A stretch of DNA of 64,000 bases from positions 1,488,001-1,552,000 of the forward strand of contig OZ024757.1 of assembly GCA_964016885.1 (NCBI GenBank). The letters are read 5' to 3'. Every line of letters starts with the position of its first letter. The stretch's first letter is position 1. Below are positions 52,925 through 62,754 of this stretch, one piece after another. The position numbers were made by a program, and so were the translations under genes. The notes beneath the pieces were generated by a model. The model made no database searches. It was not told the origin of the DNA and saw nothing but the letters and a program-made list of their open reading frames with translations. This DNA is from Eledone cirrhosa (taxonomy: Eukaryota).

Positions 52925-54503
52925 GATTTCTTTATTTGCCACCAGGGCACAAAAGGTAGGGACAGATACAAGGGGGGAAGTTTACATATAATAAACGAGT
53001 ACAAAAATATAACAATGAAATAACAACAACAAACGAAGTCCTCAATAGGGAGGGGGCATTAACATGGGTCGCACACACCCCGGAAAAAATGTGCAACCCT
53101 TCTCCTCAGGAGCACAAAGAGTAGGTGCTTCCCTCGTCTCCTCATTTTCCTCTTCTTTCACCTACAGACTGATATAGAGAGAAGACCCATTCACTCTGGC
53201 CATTCTCCCTACTTTCACCCACCTTTCATAAAACTTGCAAAATGGTATTTGAAAAAGGGGACCAGTTGTTGGCCGGAGAGAAAGGTGTCTGACCTCAGCC
53301 CTTTCAGCCTCGTCCACCATACAACTTCTTTAGCCATGGCTATCACACAGAGAAAAACCGCCTCTCCTTCGTTTTTGAAAGGGGGAGGCGGTTTGATCGT
53401 GACAATGGACTCGGTGGTCAATCGAATTGGTCCCACCCTCGACAGTAGTCGTTCCACATAGCCCCACAGGTCAGCAATGCCTGGGCAGTGTACGGATCCC
53501 TACCCAGGCTCCCATGCCTGTGGAGCTTGTCTCGAACGGGTAGAGCCCCTCGGTAGCACTGCCAAGCCAGGGACTTTTGGAAGTTGTCCATCGGTCCAGG
53601 GCCAAACGTCCTACCGAACAGACTTGCCAGTTCATCTTCCTCCATGCCTAGAGCTTCTCCGAGAGCATCGTCGCACCTGCTGCGTACCAACCCTCTATAG
53701 AATGTCGAGGTGGAGTCTCCACTGATTGCCGGGTCCGCTTTCCAGAGGGCCGTGAGCGCCTGGGCACATTCAATGTGCCAGTCGCCCACTTTTCTCGGTC
53801 TTTGCTTGACCCAGGATTGCAGCTCGGTGAGCGAGACGAGTCTGGGAAAGGCTCGCCTCACAAACGGGGCCCACACCGGTTGACCGGTGAGGAATACCTG
53901 GAGGTGCCGTAGCCTTAATGCGTGTTTACGCATCTGTAGCCACGGCATCCCCAGCCCTCCTTTCGAAGGGTGTTTACAGCAGATGGATCTCCTCACCAAA
54001 GGGGTCCGCTTGTTCCAAAGAAATTGGAACAGCGCGCACTCCCTTTTGGCGAGTCTTTTCACTGGGCAAGGCACGACGGTCAAGCGGTAGTAGATGACGG
54101 ATGCTATATAAGTATTCGCCACCTCCGCTCGACCTTTCAGGGAAAGTTTGCACTGGGCCCACTTCTGGGTGAGTGCAAACACCCTGGCCGTTACCTCGTT
54201 CCAGTTTTTCTCCACCTGGAGGTCTGGTCCGAACCAGACCCCAAGCAGCTTCACCGGACCCTCCGTCCAGCGTCCGACGACGTCGTTGGAGGGCATCGGC
54301 TTTCCTCTCCATGTTCCGACGGACTTGTCCCGGTTCAGCTTGGCTCCTGTAAACCTTTCATATTCCTCCAGTAAGGTGCCGATCTCACCGATTTGCGAGG
54401 TTTTCGACACCATTACTGTCACGTCATCGGCGTAGGCCGACGCCGCTTTCTGCAATCCCGGTTCCAAAGGGATGCCCTGCAACCGCTCCAACTTCCACAG
54501 ATA
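52925..54503 (-). mobile_element. Tx1/L1-clade LINE copy D, 5'-truncated within RT, with two internal deletions
   Basis: SAYADDVTV...YERFTGAKLNRDKS...VKLLGVWFG...LSLKGRAEVANTY. Relative to copy C it lacks the ICPRC segment (near 53490) and GRRIRMEREVLHP (near 53238). 3' end AATAAAGAAATC. Confidence 0.92.
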
Positions 54504-54522
54504 CCAAAATCTCATAGATTCA

Positions 54523-55018
54523 ATATTATGTGAGGTAAAGCCTTTACTGTGAAAATACAGTAGTATATATAGAGTAATGTAAATGTTATGTGAGATATTA
54601 TGTGAGGTAAAGCCTTTACTGTGAAAATACAGTAGTATATATAGAGTAATGTAAATGTTATGAGATAATATGTGAGGTAAAGCCTTTACTGTGAAAATAC
54701 AATAGTATATATAGAGTAATGTAAATGTTATGTGAGATATTATGTGAGGTAAAGCCTTTACTGTGAAAATACAATAGTATATATAGCGTAATGTAAATGT
54801 TATGTGAGATATTATGTGAGGTAAAGCTTTTACTGTGAAAATACAGTAGTATATATAGAGTAATGTAAATGTTATGTGAGATATTATGTGAGATAAAGCC
54901 TTTACTGTGAAAATACAATAGTATATATCGAGTAATGTAAATGTTATGTGAGATATTATGTGAGGTAAAGCCTTTACCGTGAAAATATAATAGTAAATAT
55001 AGAGTAATGTAAATGTTA
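54523..55018. repeat. 72-bp AT-rich minisatellite, 7 units, derived from the MITE right end
   Basis: TGAGGTAAAGCCTTTACTGTGAAAATAC... recurs at 54531, 54603, 54673, 54745, 54817, 54889 and 54961. Confidence 0.95.
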
Positions 55019-55110
55019 AAGGGTTAAAAACTTTCGTTATTCAGTGTTCATACATAAAAACATTAAGGTGTCTTGCAGAACAAAGGAGAGAAACAAAATA
55101 ACAACAAAAG

Positions 55111-55157
55111 TAGTCACTGAGGAGGTCACAGAATGTGTGATGAAAGAGTTTCGACTA
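55111..55157 (+). ncRNA. Putative minimal hammerhead ribozyme motif
   Basis: TAGTC-A-CTGAGGA-G-[GTCACA gaatg TGTGAT]-GAAA-GAGTT-TC-GACTA; stem I is TAGTC/GACTA. Confidence 0.5.
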
Positions 55158-55314
55158 TCAACAACTAAACAACCATCCAGTTGTTAAACTAATCAACTGG
55201 GAGTTTATAATAAATTGAAGTGAAAACCAACAGGTGACCCTCCCAAAGTATAACAATATCTGTTTCAAAATATAAGACATCTTGCAAACAAATACAACAA
55301 TGAAGTATATATAT

Positions 55315-56132
55315 GTACCACCATGCATTTTGGGAGGAAAAAGCAGTGTTCACATACTCCCTCCACAACACTAATATCAAGAAGTCTTGTGAACGTGACC
55401 TGGGCATTACTGTCAACAGTGATTTGTGTTGGACAAAGCACCTCTCTAAAATTGTCAAGAAGGCCGAGGGTGTCTTAGCATCACTCAGCAAGACCTTTGT
55501 TAGCCGCTCTCCAGATATCTATTTAAGGCTGTACATGGCTATGGTGAGGCCACACTTAGAATTTGCATCACCAGTCTGGAACCCCTATCTTGTTCAGAAC
55601 ATTGGCCACCTGGAAACTGTTCAGGGACGTGCAGCCAAGCGAATACCCTCCATCAGGCATCTACCATACTCTGAACGCCTTGCTTCCCTGGGCATGGATA
55701 CATTGAAGCTCCGATGTCTGGCAACTGACTTGGTAAACACCCACAAAATTATTAACCATCTTGCCAACAACAACCCTGAGTACCTTTTTGATTTCCATGT
55801 GTCTAACACACGTGGGCATGCCTACAGTCAGAAAACAGCACAGCTCCCATGACTTTCGGAAACATTTTTTCACGCTCAGAGTTTCTGAAGCATGGAACAA
55901 ACTACCTGCATCAGTTGTTAGCTGTCGAGACACTGCATCCTTTAAAACCTCCATGTTTCCTGAGATTCGCCAACACTGCACCTGATATCCCTCCTCCATA
56001 CACATGCACACATGTATATCATGACTCATACTGTTCACTTTCCTGACATTTGTACATTATTCTATGTACTATATATACACCTTTGATGAGTTGTAGTGCA
56101 CCTGAGCACACTGTACACAATAATTTTCATTA
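55315..56132 (+). mobile_element. CR1-clade LINE 3' fragment, copy 1
   Basis: ERDLGITVNSDL...[20 protein letters not shown]...LPYSERLASLG...FFTLRVSEAWNKLP, then 3' UTR and (ATT)n tail. Confidence 0.9.
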
Positions 56133-56146
56133 TTATATATATATAA

Positions 56147-56340
56147 GGGCGGGGGATTGGCAGTATCGGTAGAGGGTCGGACGCCATGCTTTGACGCATA
56201 GAGTTACGGCCCTTGCCATTCTGAGTTCAAATCCCGCCAAGGTTAACTTTGCCTTTCATCCCTACAGGATCGATAAAATAAAGTACCAGTAATACACTAG
56301 TTAATTGCTGGCCTTGTGCCAAAAGTAGAAACAATTATTA
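56147..56340 (+). mobile_element. tRNA-derived SINE, same family as 45831-46014
   Basis: A box TGGCAGTATCGG, B box GAGTTCAAATCC, same core and 3' GGCCTTGTGCCAAAAGTAGAAAC. Confidence 0.88.
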
Positions 56341-56349
56341 TATATATAT

Positions 56350-56500
56350 ATATTTATTAAAATAACAGATTAAAGATTAAACAAAGAATCGCTGCTTTCA
56401 CCCTTAACGGGATCTTCCGAAACTGAGTTTCAGAAGATCCCGTTAAGGGTGAAAGCAGCGATTCTCTGCTTAAACTTTAATCTGTTATTTTAATAAATAT
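56350..56500. repeat. 151-bp near-perfect palindrome (75-bp arms, 1-nt spacer)
   Basis: Centre GAAACT-G-AGTTTC at 56425; 4 mismatches between the arms by eye. Confidence 0.92.
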
Positions 56501-56606
56501 TTGCTCTACGGTTCTTATATATTTGATATATATTTATCCTTATCGAGCCTTCTTTGGATTTTAGTCTTCACATTTATTATTATTATTATTATAATATATA
56601 TATAAA

Positions 56607-56800
56607 GGGGCATTGGATTGGCAGTATCGGTAGAGGGTCGGACGCCATGCTTTCCAGCATAGTTACGTCCCTTTACGATCTGAGTTCAAATCCCGCCGAG
56701 GTTGACTTTGCCTTTCATCCTTACGGGGTCGATAAAATAAAGTACCAGTAATGCACTGGGTGAATGCTGGACTTGTGCCTAAAGTAGAAACAATTATTAT
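56607..56800 (+). mobile_element. tRNA-derived SINE, third copy
   Basis: Same A/B boxes and core as the other copies. Confidence 0.88.
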
Positions 56801-57138
56801 AAAATATATATATATAAAGATAGAGAGAGGGGGAGAGAGAGAGAGTGTGTGTGTGTGAGGAGACCACTAATCATGGGAGTACTCAATACATGTGCAGATG
56901 TAAATTGGGTAGAGAGTTACGTAAAATCCTGATCGCAGTGCCCAGCCGAAACCACTGGGTACCACAGTTGGGATTTTACATGTCTCCCTCTCTTCCCCCC
57001 CCCCCATTTCTCTCTCCGTCCCTCCCTCTCTCTCTCTCTATATATATATATGCAAAAAGTAAACAAAAACATCAAAGCAAACAACACAGTACAATGAAGA
57101 AATATATTAGTTTAACGCTTGATATAGTAGGAAAGGTG

Positions 57139-57174
57139 TCTTTACGTTTCTGTCACTAGTCCTTCATCAGAAGA
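57139..57174 (-). ncRNA. Putative minimal hammerhead motif with weak stem II
   Basis: Minus strand TCTT-CTGATGA-AGGACTAGTGACA-GAAACGTA-AAGA. Confidence 0.5.
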
Positions 57175-57267
57175 TAGAATGAGAAGTAAAAGATGAAATA
57201 GAAAGAGAGAGAGAGAGAGAGAAGAGGAAGGGATGGAGCATTTTTGAGAAAAAGGTATATATATATG

Positions 57268-57678
57268 TCATCATCATCCTTACCAACACCACCACCACCA
57301 CATCATCACCATCATCATCACCACCACCACATCATCACCACTACCACCACCACCACCACATCATCACCATCATCCCCACTACCACCACCACCACCACCCC
57401 ATCATCACCTTCATCACCACCACCACCACTCCATCACCACCACCACCATCAACATCGCCATCACCACCACCATCATCACCACCATCATCACCACCACCAC
57501 CCCACCACCATCATCACCACCACCCCATCACCCACCCATCACCACTACCACCACCATCATCACCACCATCAACACCATCACCACCACCATCATCACCACC
57601 ACCACCAACATCATCACCACCACCATCATCACCATCAACACCATCACCACCACCATCACCATCACCATCAACATCATT
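57268..57678. repeat. (CAC/CAT)n low-complexity tract
   Basis: Read directly from the sequence. Confidence 0.95.
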
Positions 57679-57862
57679 TAACATCTATTTTCCCCCACTA
57701 GCATGGGTTTGACAGGTTGTCCTGTTATGAGACAAGTCAGGTCATGTGACCATGTCTTGCTCATATGGATCTCAGTTTAGCTGGCTTTCTACAGCTGGGT
57801 GTCCTTCCTAAGGCTATGGTGAAGACTGCGGGCATTTTCAAGTGTGTCACCAGAACCACCTT

Positions 57863-57892
<30 letters not shown>

Positions 57893-57894
<2 letters not shown>

Positions 57895-58290
57895 CATCAT
57901 CATCATCATCATCATCATCGTTTAACGTCCATCTTCCACGCTTGCATGGGTTTGGACGGGAGTTTTCCCACCTGAGGCAAGATTGGTTGTCCTGCTCGTA
58001 TAGGACTGTCTGGCGGGTTTTCTACGGCTGGATGCCCTTCCAAACACCAACCACATTTACAGTGTGGACTGGGAGGTTTTTACCGTGTTACCTACACGGC
58101 CACTTACAGCATGGACTGTGTGTTTTTTTGTCGTGACACCTACACGTCTAGCGGGTTTTCTACGGTGGATGCCCTTCCCAACACCAACCACGTTTACAGT
58201 GTGTACTGGGAGGTTTTTACCGTGTTACATACACGGCCACATTACAGCGTGGACTGTGTGTTTTTTTGTCGTGACACCTACACGACCTCA
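57893..58290 (-). mobile_element. RTE-related non-autonomous retroposon with (GAT)n tail and internal ~138-bp tandem duplication
   Basis: Minus strand GGTTGGTGTTTGGAAGGGCATCCAGCCGTAGAAA...GGACGTTAAAC(GAT)n. 58013-58150 resembles 58151-58287. A homolog lies at 62445-62727 in the opposite orientation. Confidence 0.6.
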
Positions 58291-58430
58291 TTTGTTTCGG
58301 ACTGGATGTTGTGGTACCAACATAACTTCACATTTAAGGGGGGGGTATTTCGTTAGAGGTGCCTACTGACTGTAGGTTTCACTTTGTACTTAGGCAAGGC
58401 GGGTCTTCTGTATAACTGTGTAGCGCCAAA

Positions 58431-59279
58431 GATCTGGTACATGAAGACATTCGCTATGTTTCATACAAGATGAGGAAAGGACAATTTCTGTCAAAGGCGA
58501 TGCAAGAAAAGCGACTGAAGCACGCAAAGAAGCTGATCAACAAGTTGAAACACCCACTGGAGCCAGACAAGCTGTGGTTTTTCTCTGACGAGAAAAACTT
58601 CTGCCAAGACAAGAAGATCAACTCCCAGAACAGGTGGCTCGCTGTCTCATCCAAAGACATGCCCAGAGTCAAGCAGACAAAGTTTCCAATGACAACATTG
58701 GTCTTAGGTGTCGTCACCAGTCAAGGTGACATCATGCCATCTCCCTTCTTCCCTGAGGGCTTCAAGCTGAACACCGATGGCTACATCCGCATTCTGAGTG
58801 AGGTAGTAAAGCCCTGGATCGACCAGGTAGCTACAGGTAGGCTGTACATGTGGCAGCAAGACTCAGCGCCCTACCATACCAGCCAAAAGACCCAAGCCTG
58901 GCTGTCAGAGAACTTTGTCGACCACACTTCACCTGACATCTGGCCTCCAGCTCACCTGACTGCTACCCCCTCGCCTTCTTTGTGTGGGGTGCAGTGGAAC
59001 GAGATGCCAACAGATCTAGCTGCAATACGAAAGATGATCTGAAGGCCAGGATCACAAGTGCCTTTAGGGACCTAAGTCGGGGGACAGTCACGAAGGCCTG
59101 TAGCCGGTTCCGAGGCCACCTTGAGGCTGTCATCAAAGCCAATGGCGGGTTTATCGAGTGAGATCGAAAGAACAAGTTATGAAAACAAACTGACCCAAGT
59201 TTGATAAATATATCTTAAAAAATAAAACTACTGTGTTATTTTTTCCTAGACAGTAATGCGAACAAATATCGTCCGCACC

Positions 59280-59282
<3 letters not shown>
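58431..59282 (+). mobile_element. Tc1/mariner transposon remnant of DD37D (maT-like) type, 5'-truncated
   Basis: WFFSDEKNF...WQQDSAPYH...WPP[frameshift]SSPDCYPLAFFVWG: 37 residues from the second D to the third catalytic position (now GCC/Ala). Right end ...GTCCGCACCCTG|TA followed by (TA)n. Confidence 0.85.

Positions 59283-59362
<80 letters not shown>
59283..59362. repeat. (TA)n microsatellite
   Basis: Read directly from the sequence. Confidence 0.95.
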
Positions 59363-59363
<1 letters not shown>

Positions 59364-60193
59364 GGGGCTGAAAATGAATGAGACTAAAACAAAATATCTG
59401 GTAGAGAATGTTGAGAAGCCAGAGGCGATCCCTAATGTAGGCGGGAAGCCGCTAGAATTGGTTGAGGACTTCCTGTATTTGAGAGCAAAGATTGGGAATA
59501 TGGACGATGATGTGGTTGAGAGGAAGAGCAAAGCCTGGGCGGCGTGCCACAGCTTGAGCTCGGTGTGGAAGTCAGACCTTCGTAAAGACCTGAAAATCCG
59601 CCTCATTGTAGTGGAGTCTGTGCTGCTGTACGGGTCTGAGACTTGGACACTGACCAAGAGACACACTCAGATGGTGGATGGGTGCTACACGAGAATGCTG
59701 AGGATGGCTCTGAACATTAATCAGTATACACTGAGGATGAAAAACTCAGAGCTGTATGGGAGCCTCCCAAAAGTCAGCTCAAAAGTAACACAGAGGAGAC
59801 TGAGGTTGGCTGGACATGCTCACCGACATCCAGAGTTGACACTGCACTCAGTGCTCCTCTGGGAGCCCCTATTTGGAGATTTGGGTTAGCTGGATATGGT
59901 CACCGACATCCAGAGTTGACACTACACTCAGTGCTCCTGTGTGAGCCGCTACATGGAGGAGACTGGGATTAGCTGGACATGGTCACCGACATCCAGAGTT
60001 GACATTGCACTCAGTGCTCCTGTGGGAGCCCCTGCATGGACACCTTGGAAGAGGAAAACCGAGGTTGACATATGTTGATGCCCTAAGGACAGACACTGGT
60101 CTGTTGGAGACGCAGGACATGGCAGCGATAATGAGGGACAGAGACCGCTGGAGAGAACTCGTCCATGGATCTCGGGAATTTTACCCGCCCTAG
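59363..60193 (+). mobile_element. RTE-like LINE 3' fragment with an internal ~82-bp triplication
   Basis: GLKMNETKTKYL...VEDFLYL...VESVLLYGSETWTLT...RRLRLAGHAHRH...[11 protein letters not shown]...MRDRDRWR. 59795-60040 is three diverged copies. Confidence 0.88.
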
Positions 60194-60194
60194 A

Positions 60195-60226
60195 ATATAT
60201 ATATATACATACATACGTATATATAT

Positions 60227-60281
<55 letters not shown>

Positions 60282-60330
60282 CATACATATATATACATAT
60301 ATATATATACATACATATATATATTTATAT

Positions 60331-60392
<62 letters not shown>

Positions 60393-60430
60393 TCATATAT
60401 ATACATGCATACATATATACATATATGCAT
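60195..60430. repeat. (TA)/(CATA)n microsatellite
   Basis: Read directly from the sequence. Confidence 0.95.
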
Positions 60431-60432
60431 AC

Positions 60433-61345
60433 AAAGCTGTACCTTGAGATAAAAAGGACAGATACTGAACACTATAGATCTTGCTTGCAGTCTGACCTGG
60501 ACACAATGCAACAATGGATCTCAGACTGGCAACTCAAGCTAGCTGTGGACAAGTGCACCACCATGCATTTTGGGAGTAAAAACCCAGCGTCCACATACTC
60601 CCTCCACAGCACTAATATCAAGAAGTCTTCTTGTGAACATGACCTGGGCATTACGGTCAGTAGCGATTTGCGTTGGACGAAGCACGTCTCTAAAATTGTC
60701 AAGAGGGCCGAGGGTGTCTTAGCATCACTCAGCAAGACCTTTGTCAGCCGCTCTCCAGATATCTATTTAAGGCTGTACATGGCTATGGTGCGACCACACT
60801 CAGAATTTGCATCACCAGTCTGGAACCCCTATCTTGCTCAGAACATTGACCGCCTGGAAACTGTTCAGCGACGTGCAACCAAGTGAATACCTTCCATCAG
60901 GCATCTACCATACTCTGAGCGCCTTGCTTCCCTGGGCATGGATACATTGAAGCTCCGACGCCTGGCAACTGACTTGGTAAACACCCACAAAATTGTTAAC
61001 CATGTTGCCAACAACAACCCTGAGTACCTTTTTGATTTCCATGTGTCTAACACACATGGACATGCCCACAAAGTCAGAAAACAGCACAGTTCCCATGACT
61101 TTCGGAAACATTTTTTCACGTTCAGAGTTGCTGAAGCATGGAACAAACTACCTGCATCAGTTGTTAGCTGTCGAGACACTGCATCCTTTAAGGCCTCCAT
61201 GCTTCCCGAGATCTGCCAACACTACAGCTAACACATACACACATGTACTTCCCTGACATTTGTGTATTATTCTATGTACTATACATACACCTTTGACGAG
61301 TTGTAGTGCACCTGAGCACTTTACACAATAATTTCATTATTATTA
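60433..61345 (+). mobile_element. CR1-clade LINE 3' fragment, copy 2 (same family as 55315-56132)
   Basis: [30 protein letters not shown]...[10 protein letters not shown]...[10 protein letters not shown]; near-identical to copy 1. Confidence 0.9.
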
Positions 61346-61855
61346 TCATTATTATTTATATATGCGTGTGTGTGTGCATGCATGTACATATGCATGTCTA
61401 TGTGTGTCTGTGTGTACACACATGCACATATGTGTGTATATATGTATGTGTGTGTGTGTCAGGTTTACAGCAACAGTGCACGACAGTGTACGTGACCGAG
61501 TAGTAACACAGTTGTCTTCCCCTGACAGTCTAAACGAGGTTGAACCACTTAAGATACAGGTACAGGATCAAGTCACAAAGCATATTCTACCATCCTGCCC
61601 TCCCCTCCACTCCACTCACCTACCCTCCACTCTTCCACTCTCATCCCCTCCTCCATCCTCCACTCCCATCTTCTCATCCTCCCCTCTCCCACACACCCCC
61701 GTCCTCCTCTCCTCTCCTCCCCCGACCCTCCACTCTCATCCTCCATCCCTGCTCGCCCCCACCACCAGCTTCCCCCCAGTCTACCTAGTTCTATTGATAT
61801 GGGTCAGTCCCGTGATATTGAAGTGTGAAATCTTTAATCATCTGGTGGTTAACCT

Positions 61856-61897
61856 ATATATATAATACTTACACACACACATATATATATATATATA

Positions 61898-61950
<53 letters not shown>

Positions 61951-61989
61951 TATATATATATGTAAGTATATATATATATATATATGTAA

Positions 61990-62073
<84 letters not shown>

Positions 62074-62128
62074 TTACACACACATATATATATGTAAGTA
62101 TATATATATATATAAATATATATATATA
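61856..62128. repeat. (TA)n-rich microsatellite
   Basis: Read directly from the sequence. Confidence 0.95.
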
Positions 62129-62444
62129 TTTTATTACAGCATTCCTTTATACGTATATACATACATAAACATATTATTTACAGTTGTATAAAAAAGAAGT
62201 ATAATTGTTTCTACTTTTGGCACAAGGCCAGCAAATATCTCAGCACATTTCTGGTACTTTATTATATATAATATATATAATACAACATTCCTCTCTCTTT
62301 CTGACTCTGACTTTTTAGATAGATACATATCTATAACGTTGCATGTTTATAATATCGGTCTGTGTGTCTGCCTGCCTGCATTGACTTCACTTCTAACCAA
62401 CTTTTAATTAATTATATATATATATATAATTAATGAGATAATGA

Positions 62445-62723
62445 GGTTGAGATCGTGTAGGTGTCACGACAAAAAAAACAAAACACACAGTTCACGCTGT
62501 AATGTGGTCGTGTAGGTAACACGGTAAAAAAGTTCCCACTCCACACTGTAAATGTGGTTGGTGTTAGGAAGGGCATCCAGCCATAGAAAACCTGCCAGAT
62601 AGTCCTATACGAGCGAGACACGGTCACCCGACCAACCTTGCCTCAAATTGGGACAATCCCGTCTAACCCATGCTAGCGTGGAAGATGGACGTTAAACAAT
62701 GATGATGATGATGATGATGATGA

Positions 62724-62727
<4 letters not shown>
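62445..62727 (+). mobile_element. RTE-related non-autonomous retroposon, second copy
   Basis: GGTTGGTGTTAGGAAGGGCATCCAGCCATAGAAAACC...GATGGACGTTAAACAAT(GAT)n. Confidence 0.6.

Positions 62728-62754
<27 letters not shown>

Larger units (their letters stand above)
52742..55023. mobile_element. piggyBac-type non-autonomous MITE (about 200 bp core) expanded by a nested LINE and a minisatellite
   Basis: TTAA (52738-52741) + CCCTTTACCATTTA ... TAAATGTTAAAGGG + TTAA (55024-55027): a TIR pair matching at 13 of 14 bases, with TTAA duplication. Confidence 0.75.

Noticed and set aside
56147-56240. tRNA gene
   Set aside because: A and B boxes are present but there is no complete cloverleaf, and it is followed by a SINE core repeated at three loci.
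58470-59042. Active transposase gene
   Set aside because: The N-terminal DNA-binding region and left TIR are missing, there is a frameshift at WPP, and the third catalytic Asp is replaced by Ala.
59949-62328. YI-repeat ORFs
   Set aside because: Translations of (TA)n microsatellites.
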